Source: Hypanus sabinus (lineage: Eukaryota). Taken from it: a DNA stretch of 64,000 nt. Positions 1 through 12,689 of the stretch are shown one piece after another; position 1 is the stretch's first letter, and each line of letters starts with the position of its first letter. The notes under the pieces were generated by a model, which saw only the letters and a list, made by a program, of their open reading frames with translations, was not told where the DNA came from and searched no databases. The DNA lies in the NCBI RefSeq assembly GCF_030144855.1, contig NC_082728.1, forward strand, positions 45,446,001-45,510,000, given 5' to 3'. Position numbers and translations under genes: made by a program.

Positions 1-1739
1 AACTGTATGTGGAGAACTATGACTACCTTTTGCTGATCCTCAACAGGGAAAGGGCCATCCAGCATATTTCTGCAAATACAGTGCTGATGGAAATGCCTCC
101 ACTGCTTGCGTCTGCAGTACTTTTCTTGAGGTGGCAGCAGAGCCAACAGTACAGTGCTGCCTGACAATGATGTAAGTGTAGCAGAAACCATATGTTTTAG
201 CTCGGTAGAACTCTAGAGATCTTAATTTACAATAACTGCTATTTTAACTGAGCAAATAAAAGGTAGTTCAGAGTTGCGAAAGAGCCTACGATGAATTACT
301 TATCCATATAGGTCAACTTTTCAGCTTCAGACTATGTGGCAGTAACCACAAAACATGGCCATGATGTTTTCAATAAGCAAAGCTAATTCAAACCAGCAGC
401 AACAGGGAACAGTGTATCTGCAAGAGGAAACCTCATTCCTTTCATGTACACCTCATGCAAAGTTTCTGAACAGTAATTCACTCCCACCACAGCACAACCA
501 GATGGAAATTCGAATTTCTTTCATTTTCAATGAGTTTCCTGTGAGAATTTAAGCTGGAACCCCAGAAACAAAACGTATGGGGTTATGTCTGTCAATCCTC
601 ATTACATGTGAACACAAGCTTCCCTCCATGTTTGCCATTAACCGTCTGAAAACTCAGCCAGGTCACCAAACCAATATGGAGGTAAAATTTTGTCTGTGGT
701 TAGAATTAAGTATGTGGTTCTTCATAATTTGTTTTCATGCCTTCTGGATCATACACATATCAGAAGTCAGAAGACATTTAGGCAGTGGTGCAAACTTTAG
801 ATCCCTCAATGTAAACCTGGTTGGTTATGAACTATATTGATACTGCATTCAATACAAAACCTGGGTGTGAATATTAATCAGCTGATATTCATCTAGGTTA
901 TTTCACCAGTTTTTGTCTTTCATGCTACTGATCAGGAAGCTTTCCTTCTGGACAATAAATCCCAACAACTTGTTCCAACTTCTGCAGGATCAGAGTGTAT
1001 ACTTTGGGAGATGATGCTGATAAAACACTTTTCCAACAGGAACTGGACACTACAGTTATCTCTGGCATGTCAGTTCAAAACCAATCTATGTTGACGAAAT
1101 ACAAACCTTAGCATGGCTGCACCGCTGGGCCTTCTCAGGCCAGAGGGCAGAGAGATTTATTCTACAACAGCTTCTGACTTGGAACCATCACTCAGGAGCA
1201 CTGCCAGCTGAATGAATCTTTTGAGGCCAATGTAAATTCCTGGATCTTAGCAGAGGAAGCTTTACTCAGCGTTCAGCTGCGCTATTCTAATCTGGGAGAG
1301 ATTAATTCTGGGTGATCAAAATAAGAACAGCTCAACTTCCCTACACCTGATGTCCCCCACTATAACACAGATGAGATGTATCCAACTTAAGAAAAACATT
1401 ACTGACACTAACACAAGGCAGGATTTGGTTCACTCTCTCTGTCATGTAAACTTGAAGTCAGCATATTGATTCCATGCTCTGCAATACTCAACCACAGCAA
1501 TACCACAGTAACTGCATTCCAGAACATTGCAAGCATAAATTATTCAAAAAATTTGCCACATAAATGTATTCAGGTTTAATGGAAACATTTTCCACAGACC
1601 GTTAGTTCACCACCCATTGATGTATAACTGTAAAAGAACAAGTTAAATATCATAAACCATTCTTCAAGCATTCGTATCAGTATAAACATTATTAAGTATC
1701 TAAACAGAATAAATCAAATTAGTCGCAGTATGGAGAGTT

Positions 1740-2030
1740 AAAGAATCATAGAAAACTACAACACAGAAACACGTCCTTTGGCCCATCCAGAACTATTTAA
1801 GTTGCCTAGTCCCATAGACCTACACCTTGATCATAGCCCTCCATACCCCTCCCTCCATGTACCTATTCAAACTTCTCTTACGTGAGGAAATTGAAATTGT
1901 ATCCACCACTTACGCTGGCAGCTAGTTCCACACTCTCACCACTCTGAGAGAAGTTTCCCCTCATATTCCCCTTAAACATTTCACCTTTCACCCTTAACCC
2001 ATGACCTCTAGTTCTTGTCTCATCCAACTA
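1740..2030 (-). mobile_element. CR1 3' end
   Basis: agaatcatagaaaactacaacacagaaac..ctttggccca tail; cccatgacctctagt. Confidence 0.8.
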
Positions 2031-2496
2031 CACCATTGTTGCTGGAAAATATCCTGTAAATGATTAGAGTTCTGGTGAAGGTGCATCAGTGATTGAGGGA
2101 ACGAATACTTTCGGTGATGGATAAAATGCCAGACAAGAGAATTGCTTTGCCTATGTGACGTCAAATTTTTGTCTGAGCTGGTGAATTATTTTACTTTCCT
2201 GACTAATGGCTTAAAGCTGGTGGGAAGGGAGACAACTGGCAAGTAATTTGTCAGAGAACACGTAGCCACATTGTGCATAAAGTTGATCCTAATAAGTTTC
2301 AGTTCAATTGTAAACCTAAGAACACAAGAAATTAGGAGCAGGTGTAGGCCACCAGGCCCCTCAAGCTTGCCCACCATTTGATGTGAGCATGGCTGATCTT
2401 CACAGGCTCAATTCCTCTACTGTGCCAATTCTTCATAATGCTAATTGACCAACTCCCAAACCTCTGCTGAGCTGTTATCTGAGTCGCACTGTTTAA

Positions 2497-2703
2497 CGGC
2501 CAGCTGGTGGCATAGTGGCATCAGTGCCAGACTTCGGAGCAAAAGCTCCCAGTCGGCTCCCTTGCACACTTTCCGTCCGTGCTGGGTTGAGCATCGAGCT
2601 AGCTATTCGGCCTCGTAAAAATAAGAAAGAATGTTAAAAAAAACGCCGTCACAACAGCGTCCCGATTACTCCACTGGGGTTAAGAGTTTTCTTCTTCTTC
2701 TTC
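2497..2703 (+). mobile_element. tRNA-derived SINE with (TTC)n tail
   Basis: A-box-like tggcatagtgg head, CpG-rich body, ttcttcttcttc tail. Confidence 0.65.
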
Positions 2704-2804
2704 ACTGCTTAACAGAATGTAACTGCAATGTACTGCATTTTTACCTATAGGTATGGGTAATGAACTGAAAGAAAGTCTCTGGTCAATTTTCTGAGTTAGA
2801 AAGG

Positions 2805-3165
2805 GGTTGTTTTGGGTTGCAGGGTGGTGAGATGTTTCTACAAAAGAATGGGTGAGCCACTCCTTCTCTCCACTAGCCTGTAGGTCACCATTGGGCAGGG
2901 TGTAGCAACTGTTTATACCTCCCCCCACCCTGATCAGAGTCACGCTTAGCCATGGGACCAAGTGGTGGATGGTCATGCGAGCAGTTGTGTATATCACAAT
3001 TCTGGGTAATGCAACCACTGACACCAGGCAGGCAATCTCTGAAGAATATTGACATTGTTTGGGGTCACCCGCCTTGCAAAGACATTGCCCAGAAGAAGGC
3101 AGAGGCAAAGCACTTCTGAGACCATGATCACCCATGTCATACGACACGGTGCATAATGATGATGA
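2805..3165 (+). mobile_element. SINE-like repeat with RTE-type 3' motif and (ATG)n tail
   Basis: gaagaaggcagaggcaaagcacttctg resembles the RTE/BovB-type GAAGGCAATGGCAAACCAC motif; further copies at 44705-45040 (-) and 47080-47310 (+). Confidence 0.7.
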
Positions 3166-4334
3166 GGATTAAGTTTGTTGATCGGCAAAATGGTACAGAG
3201 TGAACAAATGTATTCCCATTGACAACATACATTCTACATAAAAAGGTTCAAACTTATCATCATAAGGAAAAAGAATCCTCTGCCACTTTACAGAAAAACT
3301 TGCTCTTTGACATAATTGCCTTTGGGATTTACTGCTTCATTCAGAAGGCCCAAAACATTTCTTTCAGGCACGCCCCTGTCAGGATTGGTGGGTAGCCTCC
3401 AAGGTTGAGGTTGGTTTCAGTTCTGATGGGAAGGGGTGCAATTGAATTTTGGAATACAAACAGTCACCTCTTTTGATTTCTTCTCTGTTTTCAGGGGCAC
3501 CAGGAGAGGTCACGTATAATAGTAAGTCAGAGAAGGTGAGGGTGTTCATTATGGCTCCTTTATGGGAGGATATCTTTGTTATGTAACCAGAGGCATAGGT
3601 AAATACCACAATTACATAAATGTACCCACTTTCCTAGATCTGGGATACCATCCAAGGAGGCTCACCTTGCAACAGATCCAGCTCTCAAGAGTCAAAAATA
3701 TTTTGATATGTTAATCAGTTTTTAGCTTTGTGAACACATTTTTGAGGAGCGTTTGAATTTTTAAAAATCTATCTAAGACAAGGAGGTCCACTGGAAGAAG
3801 TGAGAAAATTAATATTCATTCTCCATTCAGACCACCCAGAGGGAACGCTTGTGGTCACAGCAAGAATGTACAAGTGTACACAGACAGCACTGGAGGTCAG
3901 AATTGAACCAGAGTTGCTGGAGCTGACAGGCAGTAGTTCAACAGGCTACACCACTGTAACTTCAAAGTTACTGAGAAAAATAACAAAAGGAAAATTAAAT
4001 CGGTTTGCAAAACATTAGAAATCAAAACAAAATAATTTTCTCTTCAGTTTATTTAACAAGTAGCCTTGGTCTGTCTCGACCATTATTTATGAACAATGCA
4101 AAACGAATGCCGTTAAATGAAATAATGGCAACAGAAGTCCGTAAACACGACGACAAAATTATGAGGAGCCCACCCAGACTATATATTTTTCTAAACAGAG
4201 CACCAATAAAGCAGAATCAGTACTTGAGGTTTGGTATGTGGCTTCCCCACATGATGCACTTGTTCTTTTGCCATTGAGAAGTTTAAATTCTGCTGCCTTA
4301 GAATTAAATGAAGGAGACGCACACACACTATTCC

Positions 4335-4645
4335 TCTCACTGCCTCTCAGCTCCAGAGATCCTAGTTTGATCCTCACCTCAAGTGTCGTCTGCATGGAAT
4401 GTGCACATTCTCTTTGTGACCACTACCATTTCCTGTGGGAGATCTGGTTTCCTTCCATATCGGATGTGCTGGTGGATAGGTTATTACCCACAGCAATTGG
4501 CCCCTCATGTATATAGGAGTGGTAAAATTTAATTGGGAGACGTTGATTGGCATGTGAAGAGTAAAGAAGGGGTTTGGGCAAATTTAGTGTGTAAACACGG
4601 GTCCTCGATGCACTAAAGGGATGTTTCTGTGCTATATTTCTCTGA
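4335..4645 (+). mobile_element. Divergent V-SINE with CR1-like tail
   Basis: gcctctcagctccagagatcctagtttgatcct, tggaatgtgcacattctc, ctgtgctatatttctctga. Confidence 0.65.
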
Positions 4646-5635
4646 CTATTTTAGGTTTGTTCCCTTGAGATTACAGTGTGTTCTGCTCTCCAGTGAACCA
4701 CACACGGCTTACCAACCTACATTACACCAAAATAACAGTTAAAACTACAGGCCAGGCCTCACTGTACCTGTCCTCCTGTGTGTTGTACCTAATGAGCCAT
4801 CAATATCTCATTCTAACCTCACTAGATGCTGAGATGTTATCTAACTGTTCTGAAGCATTCAGGATTCCAGTGATATCACCTGAAAGGGGCAGGGCATTGC
4901 CAGTAATGCCGAGGGAAGTCCACTCACCTGACAATCACTGTCCTCAACACTATTGCAGATGGCAAAGATGCACCCCAGGTTTGCTGGCCGTAAGCACGAG
5001 GGTTATTTGACAGTTTTAAAATGCTTCTGAACGAAGTATGTGATAATTTTTACAATTATTTTCTATATGTAGTTAAGATCATTAAGCCTCCTTCCACTAA
5101 GAGTTTAAAAACAAATTTACACCAAAATATTTGATTAAGCAGTATTTTATTTTACATTTGCTTCACACGGCATGGAAATTGAGGCGAGTTTCCCTGGGGA
5201 ACCTCACAAGATGGAATAGAGCAAACTGACAGATTTAATATACCAGGAGTCTGTTTTTGACAATGCTGCTACTTAAATGAGTAATGACTGGCAGTTCTAT
5301 GTGGAACCACCAGCAATGTCTGGACTATTGTACTCTGAATATGAAATGTGTAGAAAACATGTAGGAGTCCCATTCCCTCCTAATTCATAAGTGAGGAACT
5401 GAAGTACTGAGAAGAAAGGCTTTGTCACTGACAAGATTCCCATCCTCAAGGTTTATGTGAGAAAGTTAAGTTTAACTGGTCAATGTTCACATTAACATTG
5501 GGACACATCTACTCTTTAAAGGTGAGATCAGACCCTACTTCACAGGTCACTTCTCTGTTGAAGTACAATTTTACTTCAGAGCTCAAAATCTAAAATAAAG
5601 CTTACACTGAACACCACAAATAATCTGTCAGCTAT

Positions 5636-5926
5636 TTGATTATTTATTTGTTTGCTTATTTATTTATCACAATACAGCCCTCCTGGCCTTTCAAGCCATG
5701 CTGCCCAGCGATCTCTCAATTTTATACTAGCCTAATCATAGGACAATTTACAAAGACCAATTAATCTACCAAACGATATGCCTTTGGATTGTCGGAGGAA
5801 ACTGGAGCACCTGGAGAAAACCCACATGGTCATGGGGAGAGTGTACAAACTCCTTACAGGCAGCGGCAGGAATTGAACCGGGTCACCGGTTTGTAAAGTG
5901 TTGTGCTAACCACTATGCTACCATGC
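5636..5926 (-). mobile_element. HE1/V-SINE-like element
   Basis: Full copy of the same family with (ttat)n tail. Confidence 0.85.
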
Positions 5927-6269
5927 ATATGTTGGACATGTGCATGAGATCTTCAGAATAGATCCACTTCAGAGTGTTGTCATCCACATCATTTTATAAT
6001 TGCAATGCCAGAATTGATAAGGATGAAGCATATAAAAAAAGCCAAAGCCCACAGTCTTGGCAAAATACACCAATAATAGACAAGTTGTGAGTGAGGCTGG
6101 CAAGATTAATTTCGTTGTCAAAAAAATCTTGCATCCAAATCCAGCCTCTCATTTTCAGTGTTGTCTATTTTAATTATACTTGTGAAGTTATCAGAGTACG
6201 CCATTTGATATTCTGCTATAGTGACAGATTTTTTTGCTTCATTCAAATGCCTAGAAGATAAAAACCTTG

Positions 6270-6595
6270 GTGTGGTACTGACAGAATCAAGTACTGCCAG
6301 AGATGGTAGATTTAAAACGAAATATTAAACCGGTCTCTACGACAAATTGAAAAGATTACTCCTCTTGAGATGGTGCCAGAAAATCAACAGAGTTCTCTGG
6401 CGCTCTGGCCAATTTTCACTCATCAGAAAACATCATAGGTTCTCCAGTCCTTATTGGATAGCTCTTTGGTTGTAGACTGTTCTGTATACTAGTGTTGCAT
6501 TCCCCACAGGGAAGCACTTCAAAAGTTATTCACCAGCTCAAAATTCTTTGGAACAACCAAAAATTGTGCAAAGTGTCATATGCAAATACCTTTCA
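6270..6595 (+). mobile_element. Ancient DeuSINE-like (SacSINE1/AmnSINE1-type) relic
   Basis: gagttctctggcgctctggccaatttt, cacttcaaaagttattca, atatgcaaatacctttc; similar relics near 11580-11720 and 26900-27250. Confidence 0.5.
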
Positions 6596-6805
6596 ATCCT
6601 TCTACTTCTGCCAATCATTCAGACTGGACAGAAAGCAGCTGGAGTAATTTGTAATTAGTCATTGTGGTGACACTACTCAGAGTATAAGGAAGCTTTGGTT
6701 TCACCCCTTTGTACATCTGAAACTCCTAAATGTTTCTGTTTGAGATTGCCTCACAAAAATCTACCTTCAAAACAAGCACGTATATTCCTGTGAGATTTCT
6801 ATTTA

Positions 6806-7020
6806 TCTCTTTATTTACTGGGATACAACGTGGAATTGCCACCCAGCAATCCACTGATTTAATCATAGCCTACTCACGGGCCAATTTAATTTGACCAATT
6901 AACCTACCAACCAGTATGTCTTTGAACTGTGGCAGGAAACTGGAAAACCCAGAGGAAACCCACCGGGTCATGGGGAGAACATGCACACTCCTTGCAGGAG
7001 AGGTGGGATATGCACCCTCA
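6806..7020 (-). mobile_element. HE1/V-SINE-like element, partial
   Basis: gaccaattaacctaccaaccagtatgtctttg..gaggaaaccca. Confidence 0.8.
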
Positions 7021-7562
7021 ATTAGTTGTGCTCTTGCTTGACTGGCATCAGACTAATTGATTGTGTAGTGTAGTTAAGCTCCATTCTGATGGTAGGGTGA
7101 TTGATCACAGGCAAGAAAATAGTAGAAAAAGGAACAAGTTAATGAGAAATGCAGAACAAATATAATGAGGTTAATGTAGGATTATGGTAAATGGGTGGTT
7201 TGAACTGAGGTGGATTGAAATGGATAATATTTCTGTTATTTCTATTCTTTTCCTTTACCAAATCTCTCTCTCTGACTCTCGCCTCCTGACAGTGGAGTAT
7301 TCGCTACCTACATCTGTAAAGAATATAAGTATTTATGCGGGCATGTACAGCTTTGAGAGCCAAAACCCTGGATGACTTCCCCATTACAGCACCAACCATT
7401 TGCCCACAAATCCCCAGCTCCTACTCCCAAACTCCACCAATTGTGAAATACCTTGAGTTGAGATAAATTTGTTGAGAGGAGATTAGGGATCAAATAACAA
7501 CAGATATCAGAGTTTAAATACTTTAACTGTTCAATGCCAGACCAGGTTAAGAATTCAACACT

Positions 7563-7800
7563 CAAAGTCAAAGTACATTTATTATCAAAGTAAGTGTACT
7601 ATATACAACCTTGAGATTTGTTCCCTCACAGGCAGCCACAATACAAATAGAAGCCCAATATGCAAGAGAAAAAACAAATGGTGCAAACAATAAAAACAAG
7701 CAAACAACATTCAGAACTGAAGCTCACGAAAGGGAGTCCACAGCCATGAAGCCACTCACATCCAGGAGCCTGTTACAGGCCTCAACCTTAGTTCAGCTCA
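7563..7800 (-). mobile_element. Rex1/Babar-like 3' tail
   Basis: caaagtcaaagtacatttattatcaaagt...atacaaccttgagatt. Confidence 0.65.
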
Positions 7801-8472
7801 ACAAAGGTGGTTCATTACTTGGCTTGGAGATCACAATGCGAATTATCTAGATCTGATTTCAAAGTCTGTGGGTTTTTCAATAAACAGCTGCTTACTTTGG
7901 CTTCCTTTCCCTAATTAATTTATATATATATAAATAAAATATCAAGGATGAAGTTAGAATTCCAGCCTGTGCCCCATTCCAGCAGCAGCAGGTCTCTATT
8001 GCTCTGATTGGAGTGAGCTAAAACTGGGATTGAGGATTAGGGAGGCGGATAGAGATTCAGACACAGCTAGCTCAGCACCACTGCAGCAGAGGGAATCAAT
8101 CCTGAACAACTGCTGCTGGAAATCAGTTGGTGGATGAGGCCATTTACTGTTGAATACCCTGTTAATCTGGGCGGTCTAGTTCCATGAACACAGCAGTAGG
8201 GTAATTTGGGGGGCCTGAGTGACCTTCTCAACTCTTACATTTCTGTTGGAAGCTGGGATAGGATATGACTTTGTGAACAGTAATGTTCTCTCAAGCAACA
8301 ATGTCATCCTGCTTCCAAAGTCCTTCAAAAGCAAGATGATGTATCAGCTTTGCTCAAGTCAAACTGAAGTCCCCTTGAAGGAGAAACAATTTTAAAAGCA
8401 TTTGGATGAGGACTTAGATCATTAAGGCATGGAAGGTTAAGTGCTGGAGAGTGGGATGAGTATGGACTGGTC

Positions 8473-8686
8473 AACAGTCTGCTACATGAAATCAGCAGTT
8501 TGAGCAGCATCTGAAGGGGGGGGGGGGTGAATTGGGGTCAACTCCCTACATCAGAAGTCCTAATGCGGGATTTCCACCTAAAACATCAACAAACCCTTTC
8601 CTTCCCACAGATGCTGCTTGACCCAGAGTCCTCCAGCAGATTGTTTGTTGCTCCAGATTTCAGCATCTGTAGTCTCCTGTATCTCC
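8473..8686 (+). mobile_element. Degenerate miniature fold-back PLE
   Basis: gcagcatctg...catcagaa|gtcctaatg...cagatgctgc with tail ccagatttcagcatctgtagtc. Confidence 0.65.
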
Positions 8687-8900
8687 GGTACAGACAGGTA
8701 ATTAATGCTCAGCCCGACAAGGTGGGCAAAGGGCTAAATGACACCAACTCCATGGACTGCACTGAATTCATTCCAACTACTATCAAACATTGAAGAGATA
8801 CACCACACAAAAATACAACTGCAGATGCTGTGGATCAAAGAATAGGTACACAATGCTGGAAGAACTCAGCAGGTCAGGCAGCATCCGTTAGAAAAGAGTA

Positions 8901-8934
8901 GCCAACGTTTCGGACCGAGACCCTTCATCAGGAA
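8901..8934 (-). ncRNA. Hammerhead motif (subfamily B)
   Basis: Minus strand ttc-CTGATGA-agggtctcggtcc-GAAAC-GTT-ggc; core intact, stem I weak. Confidence 0.65.
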
Positions 8935-10026
8935 TGGGGGGGAAGAGAGGGCCAAAGCTCAGTAATAGTGGTAGGGGGAGGGGGTAGGGCCAATCAGGGG
9001 AAAAATAAAGGGGGGAGGGGAGGGGATAAGCATGAAAGAACTGTAGAGTAAAAGAAGCAGAAAGTTGAAAGGGGAGTGAGGCAGAGAGGGACCTGGGAAA
9101 GGGAAAGGGGGAGGGGGAGGGAATTACCAGAAATTGGAGAATTCGATGTTCATACCACCAGGCTGGAGGCTACCCAGATGGTAGATGAGGTGTTGCTCCT
9201 CCAACCTGAATTTGGCCTCATCATGGCAGTAGAGCAGGCCATGTGTGAACATATCTAGATGGGAATGAGAGGCAGAGTTAAAGTGGATGGCAACCGAGAG
9301 GTCCTGTCTATTGTGACGGACGGAGCGTGGGTGCTCGACGAAGTGGTCCCCCAATCTGCATCGGGTCTCTCCGACGGGGCGTAGGTACCTGACAAAGCGG
9401 TCCCCCAATCTGCGTCGGGTCTCACGTCCCTCCCCACAGAACTCCCACCTGGCCATGTCCCTCCCCACAGAACGCCCACCTGGCACTTATCCCCACAAGC
9501 GCAAATGCTACACCTGTCCCCACACCTCCCCTCTTACCACCATTCCGTGCCCCAGACAGTCCTTCCAGGTGAGGCAACACTTCACCTGCGAGTCTGCTGG
9601 AATTGTCTATTGCATCCGGTACGGCCTCCTCTACATCGGCGTCACAATAGACAGGACCTCCCAGTTGCCACCCACTTCAACTCTGCCTCTCATTCCCATC
9701 TAGATATGTCCATACATGGCCTCCTTTACTGTCATGATGAGGTCAAACTCAGGTTGGAAGAGCAACACCTCATATACCGTCTGGGTAGCCTCTAGCCTGG
9801 TGGTATGAACATTGAATTCTCCAATTTCCGGTAATTCCCTCCCCCTCCCACTATCCCAGGTCCTTCTCTGCCTCTCTCCCCTTTCAACTTTCTGCTTCTT
9901 TATCTCTACAGTTCCTCTCCCCCTCCCCCCTTTATCTTTCCTCTGATTAGTTTTCCATCTGGCACCTCTAGGCCCTACCCCCTCCCCTATCTCTATTACT
10001 GGGCTTCGGCCCTCTCTTCCCCAACA

Positions 10027-10060
10027 TTCCTGATGAAGGGTCTCGGCCTGATACGTTGGC
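10027..10060 (+). ncRNA. Hammerhead motif, mutated
   Basis: CTGATGA-agggtctcggcct-GATAC-GTT; GAAA reads GATA. Confidence 0.55.
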
Positions 10061-10244
10061 TACTCTTTTCTCATGGATGCTGCCTGACCTGCTGAGTTCT
10101 TCCAGCATTGTGTACCTATTAAGAGATACACTACACCTCCAGGACTAGAAAACACTGGAACTCTATCTTCTAACAAGGCCAGAGGACCAACTGGCAGAAA
10201 TAAATGCAATGGACCTCATTTTTGTTTATTCTTTTCTCCTTAGC

Positions 10245-10817
10245 TGAGGCTTTGTAAGGCATTGGTCAGACCACACTTGGAATATTGTAAGCAGTTTTGG
10301 GCCCTTTATCTAAGAAAAGATGGGCTGGCTTAGGAGGTTCATGAGAATGGTCCCAGAAATGAAAGAATTACTGTATGAGGTGCGTTTGATGGCTCTGGGC
10401 CTGTACTCACTTGAGTTTAAAAGAATGATTGGGGATCTCATTAAAACTTACCAAATATTGAAAGGCATAGATAAAGTGGATGTGGAAAGGATGTTTCCTA
10501 TAGTGGGGGAGTCTAGGATCAGAGGGCACAGCCTCAGAATACAAGGACGTCCCATTAGAACAGAGATGCAGAATTCCTTTAGCTAGAAGGTAGTGAATCT
10601 GTGGAATTCATTGCCATGGATGACTGTGGACACCAAGTCATTGGGTATATTTAAAGTGAAAGATGATAGGTTCTTGATTAGTAAGGCTGTAAAAGGTTAT
10701 GGGAAGAAGGCAGGAGAATGAGATTGAGAAGGATAATAAGTCAGCAATGATGGAATGGCAGAGCAGGCTCTATGTGCTGAATAGCCTAATTCTGCTCCTA
10801 TGTCTTATGGTCTTATT
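10245..10817 (+). mobile_element. CR1 LINE 3' end
   Basis: ALVRPHLEYC, LGLYSLE..R..GDLI, RGHSL; tail aattctgctcctatgtcttatggtctta. Confidence 0.9.
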
Positions 10818-11894
10818 ATGAGTGCATTTCTACAGTGGGCATTTTTACTGGTTAATCTTTTTGGTTTTGGACTTACTGCAATATAGATCCTCAAAGAGGT
10901 GACATGTTTCTTTTTTTTAAAAAAAAAGATAATCCTTAATTTCCATAGGCAATTTTATTCTGTTTCTTCACATTGACCTAGTTGTACAACTTTAGGCAGT
11001 TCTATGAGATTTGAGCTACTCATTTCCAATCAGCCCAAGTTCAGCCACCAAGTGTAAACAATTGTCTTGCCCTTAAGAACAAAAAACAAGGCTGCTTAAG
11101 CATTCTTTACTATTCAATAAACTGAGAGCTGATCCCCTTCAGGCTTCAATCCCACTCTCATTGCCAGTCCTCAAATTTCTCAATTAATCTGTAGTCTATA
11201 AATTTTTTCCTAATCTTAAATACTCTTAATAACTGGGCATCTACAGTTCTCTGAAGTAGAAAGACACAATGAGTCACAAGCATCTGAGAGAGAAAATTCC
11301 TTCTCATCTTGGTTTAAAATGGATAGCACTTGATCTTTAGACTGTGAAGGTTGAGTGGTTTCCACAGAGGCTGCCTGCCCATACAGGATGAATGGACACC
11401 CACCAGGATTGGGCAGAAGCATCAAAGACTCAGGCTTTCATACTCCTAACACAATCTATCACTTAGAATGTTTCTATCACATTCCTAGATTAAAACAGGA
11501 GTTTTGTTAGGTTTCTAAGTTACCTATGTGGAGACTTTCAAGTCTTTTACTGTACGAATCAAAAGTATTTTCCTGCCAAGGAAATGCTTCTGTAATACTG
11601 CTATCATGCATGGAACACACCAGACAACTTGCATAGAGCAAGCTCCGAAAGCAGCTACACGACCACAGCTAGGTAATCTCCTTTAGGAGCGTTGACCAAG
11701 GCAAGTACAGTAAAATGCCAACATCTAGTCTCCAGTTGTTCAGAAACACTAATGCCTCAGCATCGGGCTCATGAAGTATTGTTTCCCACTCTCCCTTTAA
11801 ACTCACATTTCCAGTCCTTTGTTCATACTAACTGAGCCTCACTTTGCCCACTTCCTTCAAGCATCAGATTCACGTTTAATATAGAGCTATGTAA

Positions 11895-12362
11895 CGTGCG
11901 CAAGGTCGCGTAGTGGTTAGCACAATCCTTTGCAGTACCAGCGACCCGGGTTCATTTCCACACACTGCTTGTAAGCAATTTGTACATTCTCCCTGTGACC
12001 GTGTGGGTTTCCTCCCACAGTCCAAAGATGTACCAGGTTGTAGGTTCAAACAACAACACACACAAAATGCTGGTGGAACACAGCAGGCCAGGCAGCATCT
12101 ACAGGGAGAAGCGCTGTCGACGTTTCGGGCTGAAATGTCGACAGCGCTTCTCCCTATAGATGCTGCCTGGCCTGCTGTGTTCCACCAGCATTTTGTGTGT
12201 GGTGTTGTTTGAATTTCCAGCATCTGCAGATTTCCTCGTGTTTCCAGGTAGTAGGTTGTTTGGTCTGTGTAAAATGTCCCATGATTATGTGAGGATTAAA
12301 TCAGGAGATTGCAAGGCAGTACAGCTCGAAGAGCCCATTCCACACTATCTCAATAAATTGAT
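11895..12362 (+). mobile_element. tRNA-derived HE1/V-SINE-like element split by the miniature PLE
   Basis: A-box gtagtggttagc, B-box gggttcatttcc, V-domain tgtacattctccctgtgaccgtgtgggtttcc, AATAAA-type tail. Confidence 0.85.
12047..12243 (+). mobile_element. Miniature palindromic PLE (subfamily A)
   Basis: 165-bp near-perfect palindrome 12047-12211 centred at 12129, plus a 32-nt tail. Arms match the ends of the 27988-30776 element. TSD ccaggt(t/a)gtaggtt at 12033-12046 and 12244-12257. Confidence 0.92.
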
Positions 12363-12689
12363 AAATGTACAAAAAACGTGGATTGTAGTCAAAGCATCGG
12401 CAGGAAAGCCACAGATTATGGGATGGTGATTATCATCCCTGGTGGCTGGTTATCAAGGGCTACCAAGGGCTTACATGTTCTCCCGCATGAAACCAAGATA
12501 GTACCTGAGATCAGGAATGAATCCCAGGCCTTGGAGGTGCAAGTCACAAGTACCAACCACCGCACCATCATACCACATAATCTGTAATATCCTCTTCAAT
12601 CTAGTATTACCATCAAGCCAGGAAATGAAAACTGGTTCAATAAGTGGAGATATGCAAGTAACACAAGGAGAGTGGAGCAAGGGTACATC

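Larger units (their letters stand above)
8809..10120 (-). mobile_element. Short fold-back PLE (subfamily B): two inverted GIY-YIG/3' arms
   Basis: 8809-9425 and 9426-10120 are inverted homologous arms (RLEEQHLIY.LGSL.PGGMNIEF). Tail only at left. TSD aagagatacac(c/t)acac at 8793-8808 and 10121-10136. Confidence 0.92.

Noticed and set aside
1200-1310. Possible terminal exon (IRIAQLNAE*) of the myosin-like gene; a similar candidate lies at 8325-8373
   Set aside because: Only a generic acceptor and a few codons; cannot be distinguished from chance.
3495-3535. Plus-strand collagen-like mini-exon (GAPGE..)
   Set aside because: Gly-X-Y is not maintained, the length is 41 nt, and no companion exons were found.
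8516-8527. G/C homopolymer runs (also near 16924-16936 and 51658-51668) as functional G-quadruplex elements
   Set aside because: Simple slippage tracts, mostly inside repeats and prone to sequencing error.
11895-11965. tRNA gene
   Set aside because: A/B boxes belong to a SINE head; no cloverleaf; many decayed copies in the window.
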